Assembly (NCBI GenBank): GCA_965263065.1 | Contig: CBDHGH010000003.1 | Coordinates: 2,565,592 to 2,629,591 of the forward strand | Direction: 5' to 3' | Source: Dehalococcoidia bacterium | GTDB taxonomy: Bacteria > Chloroflexota > Dehalococcoidia > Bin125 | DNA length: 64,000 bases | Shown: in pieces, positions 8,906 to 18,634 of the stretch | Numbering within the stretch: the first letter of the stretch is position 1 | How the letters are laid out: each line of letters starts with the position of its first letter | Program-made: the position numbers and the translations under genes | The notes under the pieces: model-generated | Databases searched by the model: none | Told to the model about the DNA's origin: nothing | Seen by the model: the letters and a program-made list of their open reading frames with translations, nothing else

Positions 8906-9765
8906 GCGCCCGGTATCGCCCTCCCGGCATCGCTGCCGGGCGCGGCCCTGCCGCCGAGTGGCGGCGCTGGACTCCCGCGCAGGCTGACCTCGCCGGCGTG
9001 GAAGCGACGCAGGTCGCCGCCCGGCAGCCGCACGAGCAACGCGCCGTCTTCGTCGACATCCTCCGCCGTGCCCTGGATGACGCCGCCGGGCTCTCGAACG
9101 GCGGGGCTGCCGCTCACCGTGACCGGGCGCCCGAGGAGCGCCTGCCGGGACCGCCAGCCACGGAAGATGGCTGGGTGCGCCGCGCCGTCGAAGGCCCGCT
9201 CGAACGAGGCGAAGATCGCGGCCAGCAGGGGCTCGCGCGGCAGCGGCCGCCCCTTCTCGATCGCCAGGCTCGTGGCCGGCCGGTCGAGCTGGGCGTACGC
9301 CGCAGGGTCGAAGTTCACGTTGACCCCCACTCCCACCAAGGCGAAGACGGGGCGGTCGCCGTTCCACTCGCCCTCAATCAGGATGCCGGCGAACTTCTTG
9401 CCCTTGAGCTGGAGGTCGTTGGGCCACTTGATGCGCGGGTACAGCCCAAGCGTCTGCTCGACCGCGTTGGCGATCGCCACCGGCGTGATCAACGAGAGCC
9501 GCTGCAGCTGCGCGGCAGTGGGCCGCAGCACGATCGTGAAGTACAGGTTCTGTCCGGATGGGGAGACCCAGCTGCGGCCCCGGGTGCCGCGCCCGGCGGT
9601 CTGCTCTTCCGCGAGGACCACGGCGCCATGAGCGACGCCCTCCCGCGCCAGGGCGCGAGCGTCGTCCATGGTGGAGCCGGTGCGGAGCTTGTAGACGAAC
9701 TCGCGACCGAGCCAGCGCGCAGTCGAGCGCTGTTCAAGCAGCGTGCGTCGCAGTCGGCTGGACAT
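8902..9765 (-). CDS. birA: biotin--[acetyl-CoA-carboxylase] ligase
   Basis: Signature GRGRRGRSW and KWPNDL motifs. Confidence 0.85.
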   Translation of the reverse strand: MSSRLRRTLLEQRSTARWLGREFVYKLRTGSTMDDARALAREGVAHGAVVLAEEQTAGRGTRGRSWVSPSGQNLYFTIVLRPTAAQLQRLSLITPVAIANAVEQTLGLYPRIKWPNDLQLKGKKFAGILIEGEWNGDRPVFALVGVGVNVNFDPAAYAQLDRPATSLAIEKGRPLPREPLLAAIFASFERAFDGAAHPAIFRGWRSRQALLGRPVTVSGSPAVREPGGVIQGTAEDVDEDGALLVRLPGGDLRRFHAGEVSLRGSPAPPLGGRAAPGSDAGRAIPGA

Positions 9766-9844
9766 GCAAGGAGGCTAGCGCCGGCAGGCGAGTCGTGGGC
9801 GGGGGACCGTGACCGGGCAGGCGCCGCCTGCGCGTCGCCACGGC

Positions 9845-9883
9845 CCCGAAAAGAAGAAGGCCCCCGGTGACACGGGGGCCTTC
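9845..9883 (-). terminator. Intrinsic terminator: 11-bp GC stem (GAAGGCCCCCG/CGGGGGCCUUC), 6-nt loop, then UUCUUUUC on the minus strand
   Basis: Seen in the sequence; lies downstream of the minus-strand aminotransferase gene. Confidence 0.7.
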
Positions 9884-10048
9884 CCATGGTTCTCAGCCCA
9901 GAGGCGATACGGCTACGTTTCGCTCACCTCCGAAAAGTGCGAGCGGACCGAATCACTGCTGGACTTGCTTTTATGTCCCAACGCGCATCACCTCCTTCCT
10001 TGCCCGCAGCGTAGCAGGCTCCGCGCCGTCGTTCACGCCCGGCCGTCG

Positions 10049-11401
10049 CTACAGCCCGGCGACGACCGCGCGCACGCTGTCGTCGAGGATCGTGAGGATG
10101 TCGTCGACCTGCTGCGCTGTTGTGATCAGGGGCGGAGCGAGCAGGTAGCTGTCGAGCCGGATGCGAGAGATCAGCCCGCGCCGCGTCGCCTCCTGCAGGA
10201 GCTTCATGCCGGCGGCGGATTCCATGGGGAATGGCGTGTCGCTGTCGGGATCCTGCAGCAGGTCGAAGCCCTGCATGAATCCCAGGCCACGCACATTGCC
10301 GACGTTCGAGTGGCCGGCGGCCAGCGTCTCGAGGCCGGCGCGCAACTGCGCACCGCGCGCGGCCGCGTTCTCCACCAACTGCTCGTCCTCCATGATCTGG
10401 AGGTTGCGCAGCGCGACGGCCGCCGCGGCCGTATGCCCCGAGTTGGTGTAGGCGTGCATGAAGCGCGTGCTGGGGTCGGTGCCGGTGATGGTCTCGTGCA
10501 CCTCCTTCGACCAGATTGCCGCCGCCATGGGGATGTAGGCGCTCGTGATCGCCTTGGCCGTGGAGACCATGTCGGGTTGGACCCCGTAGTGCTCCAGCGC
10601 GAACCAGGCGCCCGTGCGGCCGAAGCCGGTGATGACCTCGTCGTCGATGAGCAGGATGTCGTTCTCGTCGCAGATCTCGCGCAGCCGCGGGAAGTAGCTG
10701 TCGGCGGCGACGTGTATCCCGCCGGCGCCCTGCACGGGCTCGGCGATGATCGCCGCGATGGTGTCGGCGCCCTCATCCTCAATCGCCTCGGCGATCCGGT
10801 CGATATCGACGTTGGCGGGGTCGATCCGCCCCCCGCCCGTGAGCTTGGGCTCCACGCTGGCGGCGGGAATGGCTTCGCCGACGCGCGGGCCGAAGTTGGG
10901 GTAGTAGACCTTCATCCCGGTCATCGACATCGCGGCCAGGGTGTTGCCGTGGTAGGCCTCCGCCCGGCTGATGATCTTGGTCTTCTCGGGGCGGCCCTTC
11001 ACCGACCAGTAGTAGCGGGCGGCCTTGAAGTTGGTCTCGTTCGACTCGGAACCCGAGTTGCCGAAGAAGACGGCCTGCATGTTCGGGTAGCAGAGGCCGA
11101 CGACCTTGGCGGCCAGCTCGATGGCGGGTGGGTTGCTGAAGCCCACGTAGTTGCTGGTGAAGGCCGCCTGCGACATCTGGTCCGCGGCGGCCTGCGCCAG
11201 CTCGGTGCGGCCGTGACCCACGGCAACGTTCCAGAGGGCGGAGAGCCCGTCGATGTAGCGCTTGCCGTCGTGCCCGACGAGGTAGATGCCTTCCCCGCGC
11301 TCGATCAGGATCGGGGCCTGATGGGCCGCAGGGTGGTAGAGCGGGTGCACCCAGTGCGCGAGGTCGATCTCGACCAGTTCCTGATAGCGCGAGTCGTCCA
11401 T
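10049..11401 (-). CDS. class III pyridoxal-phosphate aminotransferase (BioA or omega-transaminase-like)
   Basis: 450 aa; aminotransferase class III motifs (LIDDEVITGFGRTG); adjacent to birA. Confidence 0.85.
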   Translation of the reverse strand: MDDSRYQELVEIDLAHWVHPLYHPAAHQAPILIERGEGIYLVGHDGKRYIDGLSALWNVAVGHGRTELAQAAADQMSQAAFTSNYVGFSNPPAIELAAKVVGLCYPNMQAVFFGNSGSESNETNFKAARYYWSVKGRPEKTKIISRAEAYHGNTLAAMSMTGMKVYYPNFGPRVGEAIPAASVEPKLTGGGRIDPANVDIDRIAEAIEDEGADTIAAIIAEPVQGAGGIHVAADSYFPRLREICDENDILLIDDEVITGFGRTGAWFALEHYGVQPDMVSTAKAITSAYIPMAAAIWSKEVHETITGTDPSTRFMHAYTNSGHTAAAAVALRNLQIMEDEQLVENAAARGAQLRAGLETLAAGHSNVGNVRGLGFMQGFDLLQDPDSDTPFPMESAAGMKLLQEATRRGLISRIRLDSYLLAPPLITTAQQVDDILTILDDSVRAVVAGL

Positions 11402-11549
11402 CCGGCATCTCTTTCTGGCTCAAGTTCCCGAGGGGACTTCCTCCCTGGGAGTGGTAGGGGAGCAGCCAGGAAAGCGTAGCGCCGACCGTCAGGTGTGTCC
11501 GGTCGCGAGTATCGGAGGGATGTCGTGCTGCTACCGACCGATCAGCGAG

Positions 11550-12860
11550 CTAGTCGGCCCCGCGATCCGGCTCGGCTTGGCCGGGCGCAGCCGCCTTGAC
11601 TCTCGGCGGCTTCCACTCATCGAGCCCCGCTGCGATCGTCGCATGGAACTCTGCGATGAGGGCGGTGAGATCGTTGATGAAGCTGTTCCGTCCAGCGCCC
11701 CGGCTGCCGCCCACGGGCCGGGCGAGCGTGAGGACGAAGGCGCGAGGAGGATTCGGGACCGGGTCGACAAGGAGATGGGGATCCCCGCGCAGGGATCCCA
11801 CAAGCTCCGACGTCGTGAGACGAGAGCGGACGAAGCGCGCGTCGACACGGCAGTCGGCGGGCGCATCACGCAATTGTCGCAGCAACCAGTTGACGCGGGA
11901 GGTCGACCGGGCGAGTTCCGGGGCCCGCACTTCGATCGACACCTCTCCGCGCATCGTGCGCAGATCGGCCTTGATGTGCAGTGGCGCGATGACGGACGGA
12001 ATCCGCAGGTCGCCGCTGAGACGCCCACTCTTCGACAACTCTTCGACGAGGCTCCGAATACGAAGCTCCGGCTCCTCCCGGTGCGCGCGCGTCACGTGCG
12101 GCGTCACATCCTCACCCAACGAAGCGCCCAGAGTGAGCGCGGCGTACTGGATGAGTTGATCCCATCGCTGGCACACCTCAACGGCGCCGGGGTCGCCCGG
12201 CCGCAGGGTCCCCGCGCGCGCGGCCTCGCGAATGGTCGTCCACCCCGGCCCCATGTCCGCGAAGGCCGTCGCACCGGAGTTCTCGTGCTGGAGGTAGCGA
12301 ATCAACTCCCGCAATATCCATGCCTGGTCGGAATCACGAACCCCGCGGTGCTCCTTCACCCGGATCGCCGTCGACAGAATCCGGAACCATGACATGTGGT
12401 GCAGGGGCACGTTCCGGTACTTGCGGCGATCCACCGTGACGGGGTGCTCGCCCAGCGGGGCGATGTCGTTGCTGATGGTGAGCAAACCACCCGCGAAACC
12501 CTGTTGCTTGGCAACGTCGAGATACCGCTCGACCTGTTCTCTGTCGTGTTGGGCCGTGCCCGTCTTGACCTCTAGCAGCAGGTACCAATCGGCTTTGGCC
12601 CGGGTGACGCGCACCAAGCCGTCGACTCGCACGGATTGGTCGTTCAGCGTGAATGGGACCTCCGTGTACGTCGTGACGGTGCCGGCAGGAGCCCCGAGCG
12701 GCCGCAGGATCTCCCGGCCGAACTCCCGAACCGCGCCCAGCACCGCCAGCAGCGCCGATGTCGCCCGCCCTTCTTTCTCGGCGGCCTTCTTGATCCCGGT
12801 CACCGGAATCAGCCGGGCCGCTTCCCATTGCTCCTCGTTCTCTGGCATCGGCCATCCCAT
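11550..12860 (-). CDS. hypothetical protein with an N-terminal PD-(D/E)xK (NERD/NucS-like) nuclease domain
   Basis: Motif VDGLVRV...WYLLLEVKTGT...QVERYL (D...ExK...Q..RY); about 300-aa C-terminal region of unknown function; locally lower GC (about 60%) than the flanks; start uncertain (12860 or 12923). Confidence 0.6.
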   Translation of the reverse strand: MGWPMPENEEQWEAARLIPVTGIKKAAEKEGRATSALLAVLGAVREFGREILRPLGAPAGTVTTYTEVPFTLNDQSVRVDGLVRVTRAKADWYLLLEVKTGTAQHDREQVERYLDVAKQQGFAGGLLTISNDIAPLGEHPVTVDRRKYRNVPLHHMSWFRILSTAIRVKEHRGVRDSDQAWILRELIRYLQHENSGATAFADMGPGWTTIREAARAGTLRPGDPGAVEVCQRWDQLIQYAALTLGASLGEDVTPHVTRAHREEPELRIRSLVEELSKSGRLSGDLRIPSVIAPLHIKADLRTMRGEVSIEVRAPELARSTSRVNWLLRQLRDAPADCRVDARFVRSRLTTSELVGSLRGDPHLLVDPVPNPPRAFVLTLARPVGGSRGAGRNSFINDLTALIAEFHATIAAGLDEWKPPRVKAAAPGQAEPDRGAD

Positions 12861-12956
12861 CTTCAGCACGCACGGCCGCCCGTACGTGCTGAAGATAGCG
12901 CCTTCCGAGGCGCGTCCACCCACCGTCCGCCATTCGGCGCGGATGCCGCGGGCGAA

Positions 12957-14483
12957 TCAAGGGGCGGCGAGCAGCTCCCGCGCGACGCGACGGTCATCCC
13001 ACGGCTCTTCGTGGTCGGCGAAAATCAACGACTGCTCAGCGCCCTTCCCGGCGATGAGCACGTAGTCTCCCCCCGACGCCAGGGCGAAGGCGCGGGCGAT
13101 CGCGGCACGACGGTCCGGCCGCTCCTCGAAGTCGGCGGGGGCGCGCTTGCCGGAGCGCTCCATGGCGGCGGCGATATCGCGGACGATGGCGGCCGGATCC
13201 TCCGAGCGGGGGTTCTCGCTGGTCAGCACGGCAAAGTCGGCGAACTCGGCCGCAGCGGCGCCCATGCCGTCGCGACGACGCGGGTCGCGCTCCCCGGCGA
13301 CTCCGAAGACCACGATCAGCCGGCCGTCCACGAGCGGTCGCACCGCGCCCAGGACACGGCGGAAGGCGTCGCTGGTGGCGGCCGCATCGACGACGACGCT
13401 GAAGGGCTGCCCGGCATCGATCCGCTCCATGCGCCCGGGCACCCCGGCCAGGTCGCGCACGCCTCGCTGTATGGCGACGGGCCCCGCTCCGAGCGCGTAG
13501 GCGGCGCCCGCCGCGAGAACGGCGTTGTCGAGGTTGAAGCGGGCCGGCAACGCCAGGTCGAGGGCGAGCGCCCCGGCCGGCGTGGCGAGGCGGAAGCGGG
13601 ATCCGTCGGCGCGGAGGTCGAGGTCGGAGATGGAGATATCCGCGGCCTGCGTGGCCTGACCACTTGGGTCGACGGTCACGAGCTCCGCCCTGGTGGCAGC
13701 GGCGACGGCGGCGCGATGGGCGTCGTCCACCCGCACAACGGCGCGCTTGGCGACGCCCTTGTCGCGGGCGGTGTCCAGGAAGCGGAAGAGGTTGAGCTTG
13801 GCGTCCAGGTACTCGGCGCGCGTGCCGTGGAAGTCCAGGTGGTCATCGCTGAGCCCGGTGAATACGCCGATGTCGAACTCGCAGTGATCGAGCCGGTGCA
13901 GAGCGAGGCCATGGGACGTCGACTCGACCACGGCGTGGGTGCAGCCAGCGGCGACCATCTCCGCGAGCAGGCCCTGGGTCAGGTCGGCCTCCGGGCTGGT
14001 CTCGGTGAGCGTGTTCATGCGCCATTCGTCGCCGATCTTGAACTGCACGCCGCCGATCAGACCGGTGCGATATCGGGCGGCTTCGAGCATGGCGACGGTG
14101 AGATAGCAGGTGGTGCTCTTGCCGTCGGTGCCGGTGATGCCGACGACGGTGAGCTTGCGGGCCGGGAAGTCGTGAAAGGCGGCGGCGAGCGCGGGCAGCG
14201 CCGCGCGGGTGTCGCTCAGGGCGACGAGGGTGCGATCCGGTATGCCCAGCAGGGGCGCCCAGCGGGGGCGCCGGTCGGCCTGGACGATGAGCGTGGTCGC
14301 GCCGGCGGCGACCGCCTGGGGGAGGAAGTCGTGGCCGTCGACGGTGAAGCCCGGCACCGCGACGAAGCATGCGCCTGGGGTGACGCGCCGGGAGTCCTGC
14401 GTGACCGCGCGCACGGTGCGGTCCGCATCGCCGTGGACCGCGAGGGGGCGCGTGGCCTGGAGGACGTGCGCGAGCGGCTTCAT
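12957..14483 (-). CDS. murE: UDP-N-acetylmuramoyl-L-alanyl-D-glutamate--2,6-diaminopimelate ligase
   Basis: 508 aa; Mur ligase motifs (GITGTDGKSTT, DNAVLAAGAA). Confidence 0.9.
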   Translation of the reverse strand: MKPLAHVLQATRPLAVHGDADRTVRAVTQDSRRVTPGACFVAVPGFTVDGHDFLPQAVAAGATTLIVQADRRPRWAPLLGIPDRTLVALSDTRAALPALAAAFHDFPARKLTVVGITGTDGKSTTCYLTVAMLEAARYRTGLIGGVQFKIGDEWRMNTLTETSPEADLTQGLLAEMVAAGCTHAVVESTSHGLALHRLDHCEFDIGVFTGLSDDHLDFHGTRAEYLDAKLNLFRFLDTARDKGVAKRAVVRVDDAHRAAVAAATRAELVTVDPSGQATQAADISISDLDLRADGSRFRLATPAGALALDLALPARFNLDNAVLAAGAAYALGAGPVAIQRGVRDLAGVPGRMERIDAGQPFSVVVDAAATSDAFRRVLGAVRPLVDGRLIVVFGVAGERDPRRRDGMGAAAAEFADFAVLTSENPRSEDPAAIVRDIAAAMERSGKRAPADFEERPDRRAAIARAFALASGGDYVLIAGKGAEQSLIFADHEEPWDDRRVARELLAAP

Positions 14484-14627
14484 GAGTGGGAAGGGTATCG
14501 CGGCCTTCCCGTGCAGCGCGTTGTCAGGCGGCGCCGGCCTTGGACCGTGCCTGTTTCGGACCGTGCCGCGGTGGGACAGTGCTGCGCTCGGACAGCACAG
14601 AGGGGCGACTTCCGTCGCCCCTCTTGT

Positions 14628-15038
<411 letters not shown>

Positions 15039-15057
15039 CCGGAGTGTATCGGCCGGG

Positions 15058-15471
15058 CTACCCGACGTCCGACAGGCGTCCGTCGAGTGCCGCGTTGGCG
15101 AGTTCGTCGGCGCGCGAGTTCTGCGCGCGGGGGACATGACGGACGCGCACGACATCGAGTCGCGACAGGAGCCGCTGCAGGCGCGCGTACAGCGGCTTGA
15201 GAGCGGCGTTCTTGACGCGGTAGCGCCCCTCGATCTGGCGCACGATGAGTTCGGAATCGAGGCGTAGCTCGAGCTCGGTCGCGCCCAACTCCAGGGCAGC
15301 CTCCACCGCGGCGATCGCGCCACGATACTCGGCGACGTTGTTCGTGTGGTGGCCGATCCGGCCCCCCAGGGCGCGCAGTTCGGCGTCCGTGGCGTCGTAG
15401 ACCACGGCGCCGAAGGCGGCGGGGCCGGGGTTGCCGCGAGAGGCGCCATCGGCGTTGGCATACATCTTCAC
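15058..15471 (-). CDS. rnhA: ribonuclease HI
   Basis: 137 aa; catalytic motifs ADGASRGNPGPA, TNNVAEY, DSELIV and NSRADELAN. Confidence 0.85.
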   Translation of the reverse strand: MKMYANADGASRGNPGPAAFGAVVYDATDAELRALGGRIGHHTNNVAEYRGAIAAVEAALELGATELELRLDSELIVRQIEGRYRVKNAALKPLYARLQRLLSRLDVVRVRHVPRAQNSRADELANAALDGRLSDVG

Positions 15472-15495
15472 GCCGGCGTCGATCGCACCGGTGGC

Positions 15496-16947
15496 TCAGA
15501 CGCGGAGGACGGTGCGGACGCCGCCCTCATCCACGATGACGCGCTCCACGACATCCCGCAGGAGCGCCTGGCGGTGCTCGAAGCTCAGTCCGTCCCAGTC
15601 GTCGCGGATGCGCGCCAACTGGCGTGCGCGGTGGCGGCCGCGTTCGCTCTCGGTGGCCTGCGCCGCGGCCCGACGGTCCAGCGCGGCGAGCTCGCCGGTG
15701 GAGTGCTGGTAGTCCGCGGTGATCTCGGCGGCGACCTCCCGCAGCCGCTCGGGTGTGTCGCGGCCAGTGGACGCGGCCGTGATGGCGTCGGAGAGGCGCC
15801 GGTCCAGGCTGCGCATGTGGCTGCGCACGCGCGCCTCGGCGACTGCCGTCTCGGCCGCGACGGCGCCGGCGTTGCCTGCGCGCAGCAGCGCGGGGCGCAC
15901 CACGCCGGTCTCGACGTCTCCCTCGGTCCCATTCGCGGCGCCCGTGAGGTGCGCCAGCACTTCCGCCTCCAAGTCCGCGGCTCGGCGCGTGTGGTACTCG
16001 CCCACCGACTGGTTGGTCCGCGCCACGTTCTGGTAGTAGCGGTAGGTGTTGTTGCCCACTGCACCGTCGCGGCGGGTCCATTGCTGCCGGCGAGTGACGC
16101 CGATCATGCGCGAGCCGCCGTCGCCGCAGTACACAAGGCCGGAGAGCAGGAAGCGGCCGGGCTGGGCTTTGGCGGCGGGGCGGCGGCGCTGCGCCGTGCG
16201 CGTCTGCACGGCGCGGAAGTCGGCCTCGCTGACGATGGCCGGGTGGTTGCCGGGTACCTTCACGCCGAAGCGCGTGTACGTGCCCACGTAGACACGGTTG
16301 CGGAGCAGATCGCGGATCGTGACCATGCTCCAGTTTCCCCCCCGGCGCGTGCGATAGCCCTGCTCGTTCAGATGCTTCGCGATCAGCCGGATACCGCGTC
16401 CCTCCGAGAGGTAGAGGTCGAAGATCATGCGCACCAACGTCGCCTCCGCCTCGACGATCTGCAAGCGCCGGTCTTCGCCCACCTGGTAGCCGTAGGGCGG
16501 CCGGCCGAGCACTTTCCCCTGGATGGCGCGCCGCCGCATGGCGTCGCGCACCCGGCGGCCGCTCGCTCCCGTCCCGTGCTCGTCCCAGATGCGGAGCAGG
16601 CGGACATCGTCCAGTGGGCCTTCGGCGATCGAGATGATTTGCGCACCGCTGGCGCTGATCTGGAAGTACGTACGGGCGGCCGCGGCCCGCTCCGGCCCCA
16701 GCCGCGAGAAGGCGGTCACGACGACAGCGATGAACCCCTTGTCCGGCGCGTCCAGATAGTCCAGCAGTTGCCGGAGGCCCGGGCGATCCGACGCGCCGGC
16801 GCCGGCGCCGGGCACGGGATCGAGGAAGGCAGCCGCGGGCTGGTAGCCGTTCGCCTCGCAGTAGCGCAGGAAGGCATCGTTCTGGGCGGCCAGCGTGCCG
16901 GCGTCGCCAGCCGGGCCGTACTCCGTCAGATAGCCGATCGCGCGCAT
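15496..16947 (-). CDS. large serine recombinase homologue (resolvase/recombinase/zinc-beta-ribbon architecture), apparently degenerate at catalytic positions
   Basis: 483 aa; N-terminal MRAIGYLTEY against the family consensus MRAIGYARVST (Arg and Ser replaced); recombinase-domain motif GRPPYGY; single-Cys remnant of the C-terminal zinc ribbon. Confidence 0.75.
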   Translation of the reverse strand: MRAIGYLTEYGPAGDAGTLAAQNDAFLRYCEANGYQPAAAFLDPVPGAGAGASDRPGLRQLLDYLDAPDKGFIAVVVTAFSRLGPERAAAARTYFQISASGAQIISIAEGPLDDVRLLRIWDEHGTGASGRRVRDAMRRRAIQGKVLGRPPYGYQVGEDRRLQIVEAEATLVRMIFDLYLSEGRGIRLIAKHLNEQGYRTRRGGNWSMVTIRDLLRNRVYVGTYTRFGVKVPGNHPAIVSEADFRAVQTRTAQRRRPAAKAQPGRFLLSGLVYCGDGGSRMIGVTRRQQWTRRDGAVGNNTYRYYQNVARTNQSVGEYHTRRAADLEAEVLAHLTGAANGTEGDVETGVVRPALLRAGNAGAVAAETAVAEARVRSHMRSLDRRLSDAITAASTGRDTPERLREVAAEITADYQHSTGELAALDRRAAAQATESERGRHRARQLARIRDDWDGLSFEHRQALLRDVVERVIVDEGGVRTVLRV

Positions 16948-16971
16948 GGCCTCTCTCCGGCGGTCACGGGC

Positions 16972-17652
16972 TCAGCGGATGTAGACGATGCAGTGGCAGG
17001 CGGGGCACTTGACGGCATCCGCGCCACGCCTGGCTCGGTTGAGGATGGTCGTGGGCAAGCTCAGACGGCAGGAGCCGCAGACTCCGCCGATGGAGGCCGC
17101 CACTGCGACGTGCTGGAGCGCGCGCTGAGAGTCGTAGACGGCGAGGTCGGCGGCGCCGAGACGGGCACGCAGGGCGTCCACGTCGGCGCGCACGCGGGCG
17201 GCCTCGGCATCGATCTCGTCGTGCTGGGCCTGAAGCCCGGCGCGACGTTCCTCCCAGACCAGGCGACTCTTCTCGCTCAATGCGATGAGGTAGTCCAGCG
17301 CCGCTTGCTCGTGCTCCTCCTCGTCGATGCGGGCCAGCAAGCGTTCCTCGTGGGCCTTGAGGCCGCGCCGCAGCGCGAAGACTTCCTCTTGCAGGTGGCG
17401 CAGCTCCTTGGCGTCGGTGGTCTCGCCGCTGTAGAGCTTGCCGTCCTCGGTGACGATCTTGGCACGGAGCGCGTCCGCCTCCGCCTCGACAGCCTTGCGC
17501 GCCAGCGTGCCCTCGTCGAGGCGCGCTCGTTGAGCCGCGATCTCGTCACTCAGCGTGCGGTGCGAGTCCGGCTCCTGGAGCTGGTCCGCCACCGCGACCA
17601 GTCGCCGCTTGATGGTGTCGAGGCGCAGATCGACCTCTTGCAGCGCGACCAT
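16972..17652 (-). CDS. DUF164/COG1579 C4 zinc-ribbon coiled-coil protein
   Basis: Start at MVALQEVDLRL; coiled-coil body and C-terminal CGSC...CPAC; the track ORF 16972..18120 is an upstream over-extension. Confidence 0.7.
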   Translation of the reverse strand: MVALQEVDLRLDTIKRRLVAVADQLQEPDSHRTLSDEIAAQRARLDEGTLARKAVEAEADALRAKIVTEDGKLYSGETTDAKELRHLQEEVFALRRGLKAHEERLLARIDEEEHEQAALDYLIALSEKSRLVWEERRAGLQAQHDEIDAEAARVRADVDALRARLGAADLAVYDSQRALQHVAVAASIGGVCGSCRLSLPTTILNRARRGADAVKCPACHCIVYIR

Positions 17653-17847
17653 GTCCCCAATATCGACCACGAGGCCTCTCTCCGCTTCGATTAGGTAGGG
17701 AAAGTATACGAACGAGCCTTCGTCCGCGGCAATAGTCGCGAGGCCCGATAAGGCGGCCCTGGTACGATTATGCGGCGCAGGTCCCGCACCCACGCCGCAG
17801 GCTGTCGGGTAGGAACGGAACGGCCTATCCCCTCCAACGCCGCCCTC

Positions 17848-18342
17848 GTGATCAACGTGTCGACGCTGCTCAGCGAAGCACTGGGCAGCACACGATCCTA
17901 CGTGCTGGAGGGTGCGGAGTTTCGCTTCGACGAGGGTCGCACGCCCGCCGACGGCGAACTGCAGCTGACTCGCACGGATGGATCGATCCTGGTCGCGGGA
18001 CAGATCCGGGTGGCAGTGGAGGAGGCCTGCGGTCGCTGCCTGGACCTGTTCCAGCAGCCGCTGCAGCTGCAGTTTCGGGAAGAGTTCTGGCCCGACTATG
18101 ACCCGCTGTTGCAGAGGCATGTGGAGGTCCCGGAGGGTCGGGAGGGCTTCCCGATTCAGCAGGGATTACTCGACTTGCAGGAGGCGCTGCGGCAATATGT
18201 GGAGATGGCGCGCCCCATGCAGCCGATCTGCCGCCCGGATTGCGCGGGCGCCGGGGCCGGACCAGGGCCGAGCGAGGCGGCCGGATCCCCGGTCGACCAT
18301 CGCTGGGCGGCGCTCAATGCGTTGCGACGCGACTCCCACTAG
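17848..18342 (+). CDS. yceD: YceD/DUF177 family protein (23S rRNA accumulation protein)
   Basis: Motif VINVSTLL...CGRCLD...CRPDCAG; lies upstream of rpmF as is typical; GTG start inferred. Confidence 0.6.
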   Translation: MINVSTLLSEALGSTRSYVLEGAEFRFDEGRTPADGELQLTRTDGSILVAGQIRVAVEEACGRCLDLFQQPLQLQFREEFWPDYDPLLQRHVEVPEGREGFPIQQGLLDLQEALRQYVEMARPMQPICRPDCAGAGAGPGPSEAAGSPVDHRWAALNALRRDSH

Positions 18343-18447
18343 GATCAGCCGGCGCTAGAGTCGGCCCGCGTGGGGGCTGCCCCACGCTACGCTCAGCCCC
18401 CCGTGCGGCTTCGCACGGCAGACGGCACGGCGGGAAGGACAAGCACG

Positions 18448-18630
18448 ATGGCTCCGTTGCCAAAGCGAAAGTACGCCAAGACCCGCCAGCGACTCCGCCG
18501 GCAGCACCTCAAGCAGCGGCGGGCCACGGTGACCACCTGCCCCACGTGCACGTCGCCGGTGGTGGCGCATCAGGTGTGCTACACCTGCGGCCGCTACCGC
18601 GGGCGGCAGGTGCTGGAGTTCGAGGACTAG
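18448..18630 (+). CDS. rpmF: 50S ribosomal protein L32
   Basis: MAPLPKRKYAKTRQRLRRQHLK...CPTC; GGGAAGG RBS. Confidence 0.85.
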   Translation: MAPLPKRKYAKTRQRLRRQHLKQRRATVTTCPTCTSPVVAHQVCYTCGRYRGRQVLEFED

Positions 18631-18634
18631 CCGC

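Noticed and set aside
9970-9997. A strong anti-SD-like CACCTCCTT on the plus strand, giving a minus-strand AAGGAGGUG plus a 5-codon mini-ORF (MRVGT) in the aminotransferase 3' UTR.
   Set aside because: The SD-to-AUG spacing is only about 2 nt and the ORF is 5 codons. This is most likely chance. It is noted only because the sequence mimics the 16S 3' end.
15486-16981. Imperfect 12-nt direct repeat GGCTCAG(A)CGGA flanking the recombinase-like gene.
   Set aside because: Both copies simply span the stop codons of consecutive genes (TGAGCC). The match is too short and imperfect to call att sites.
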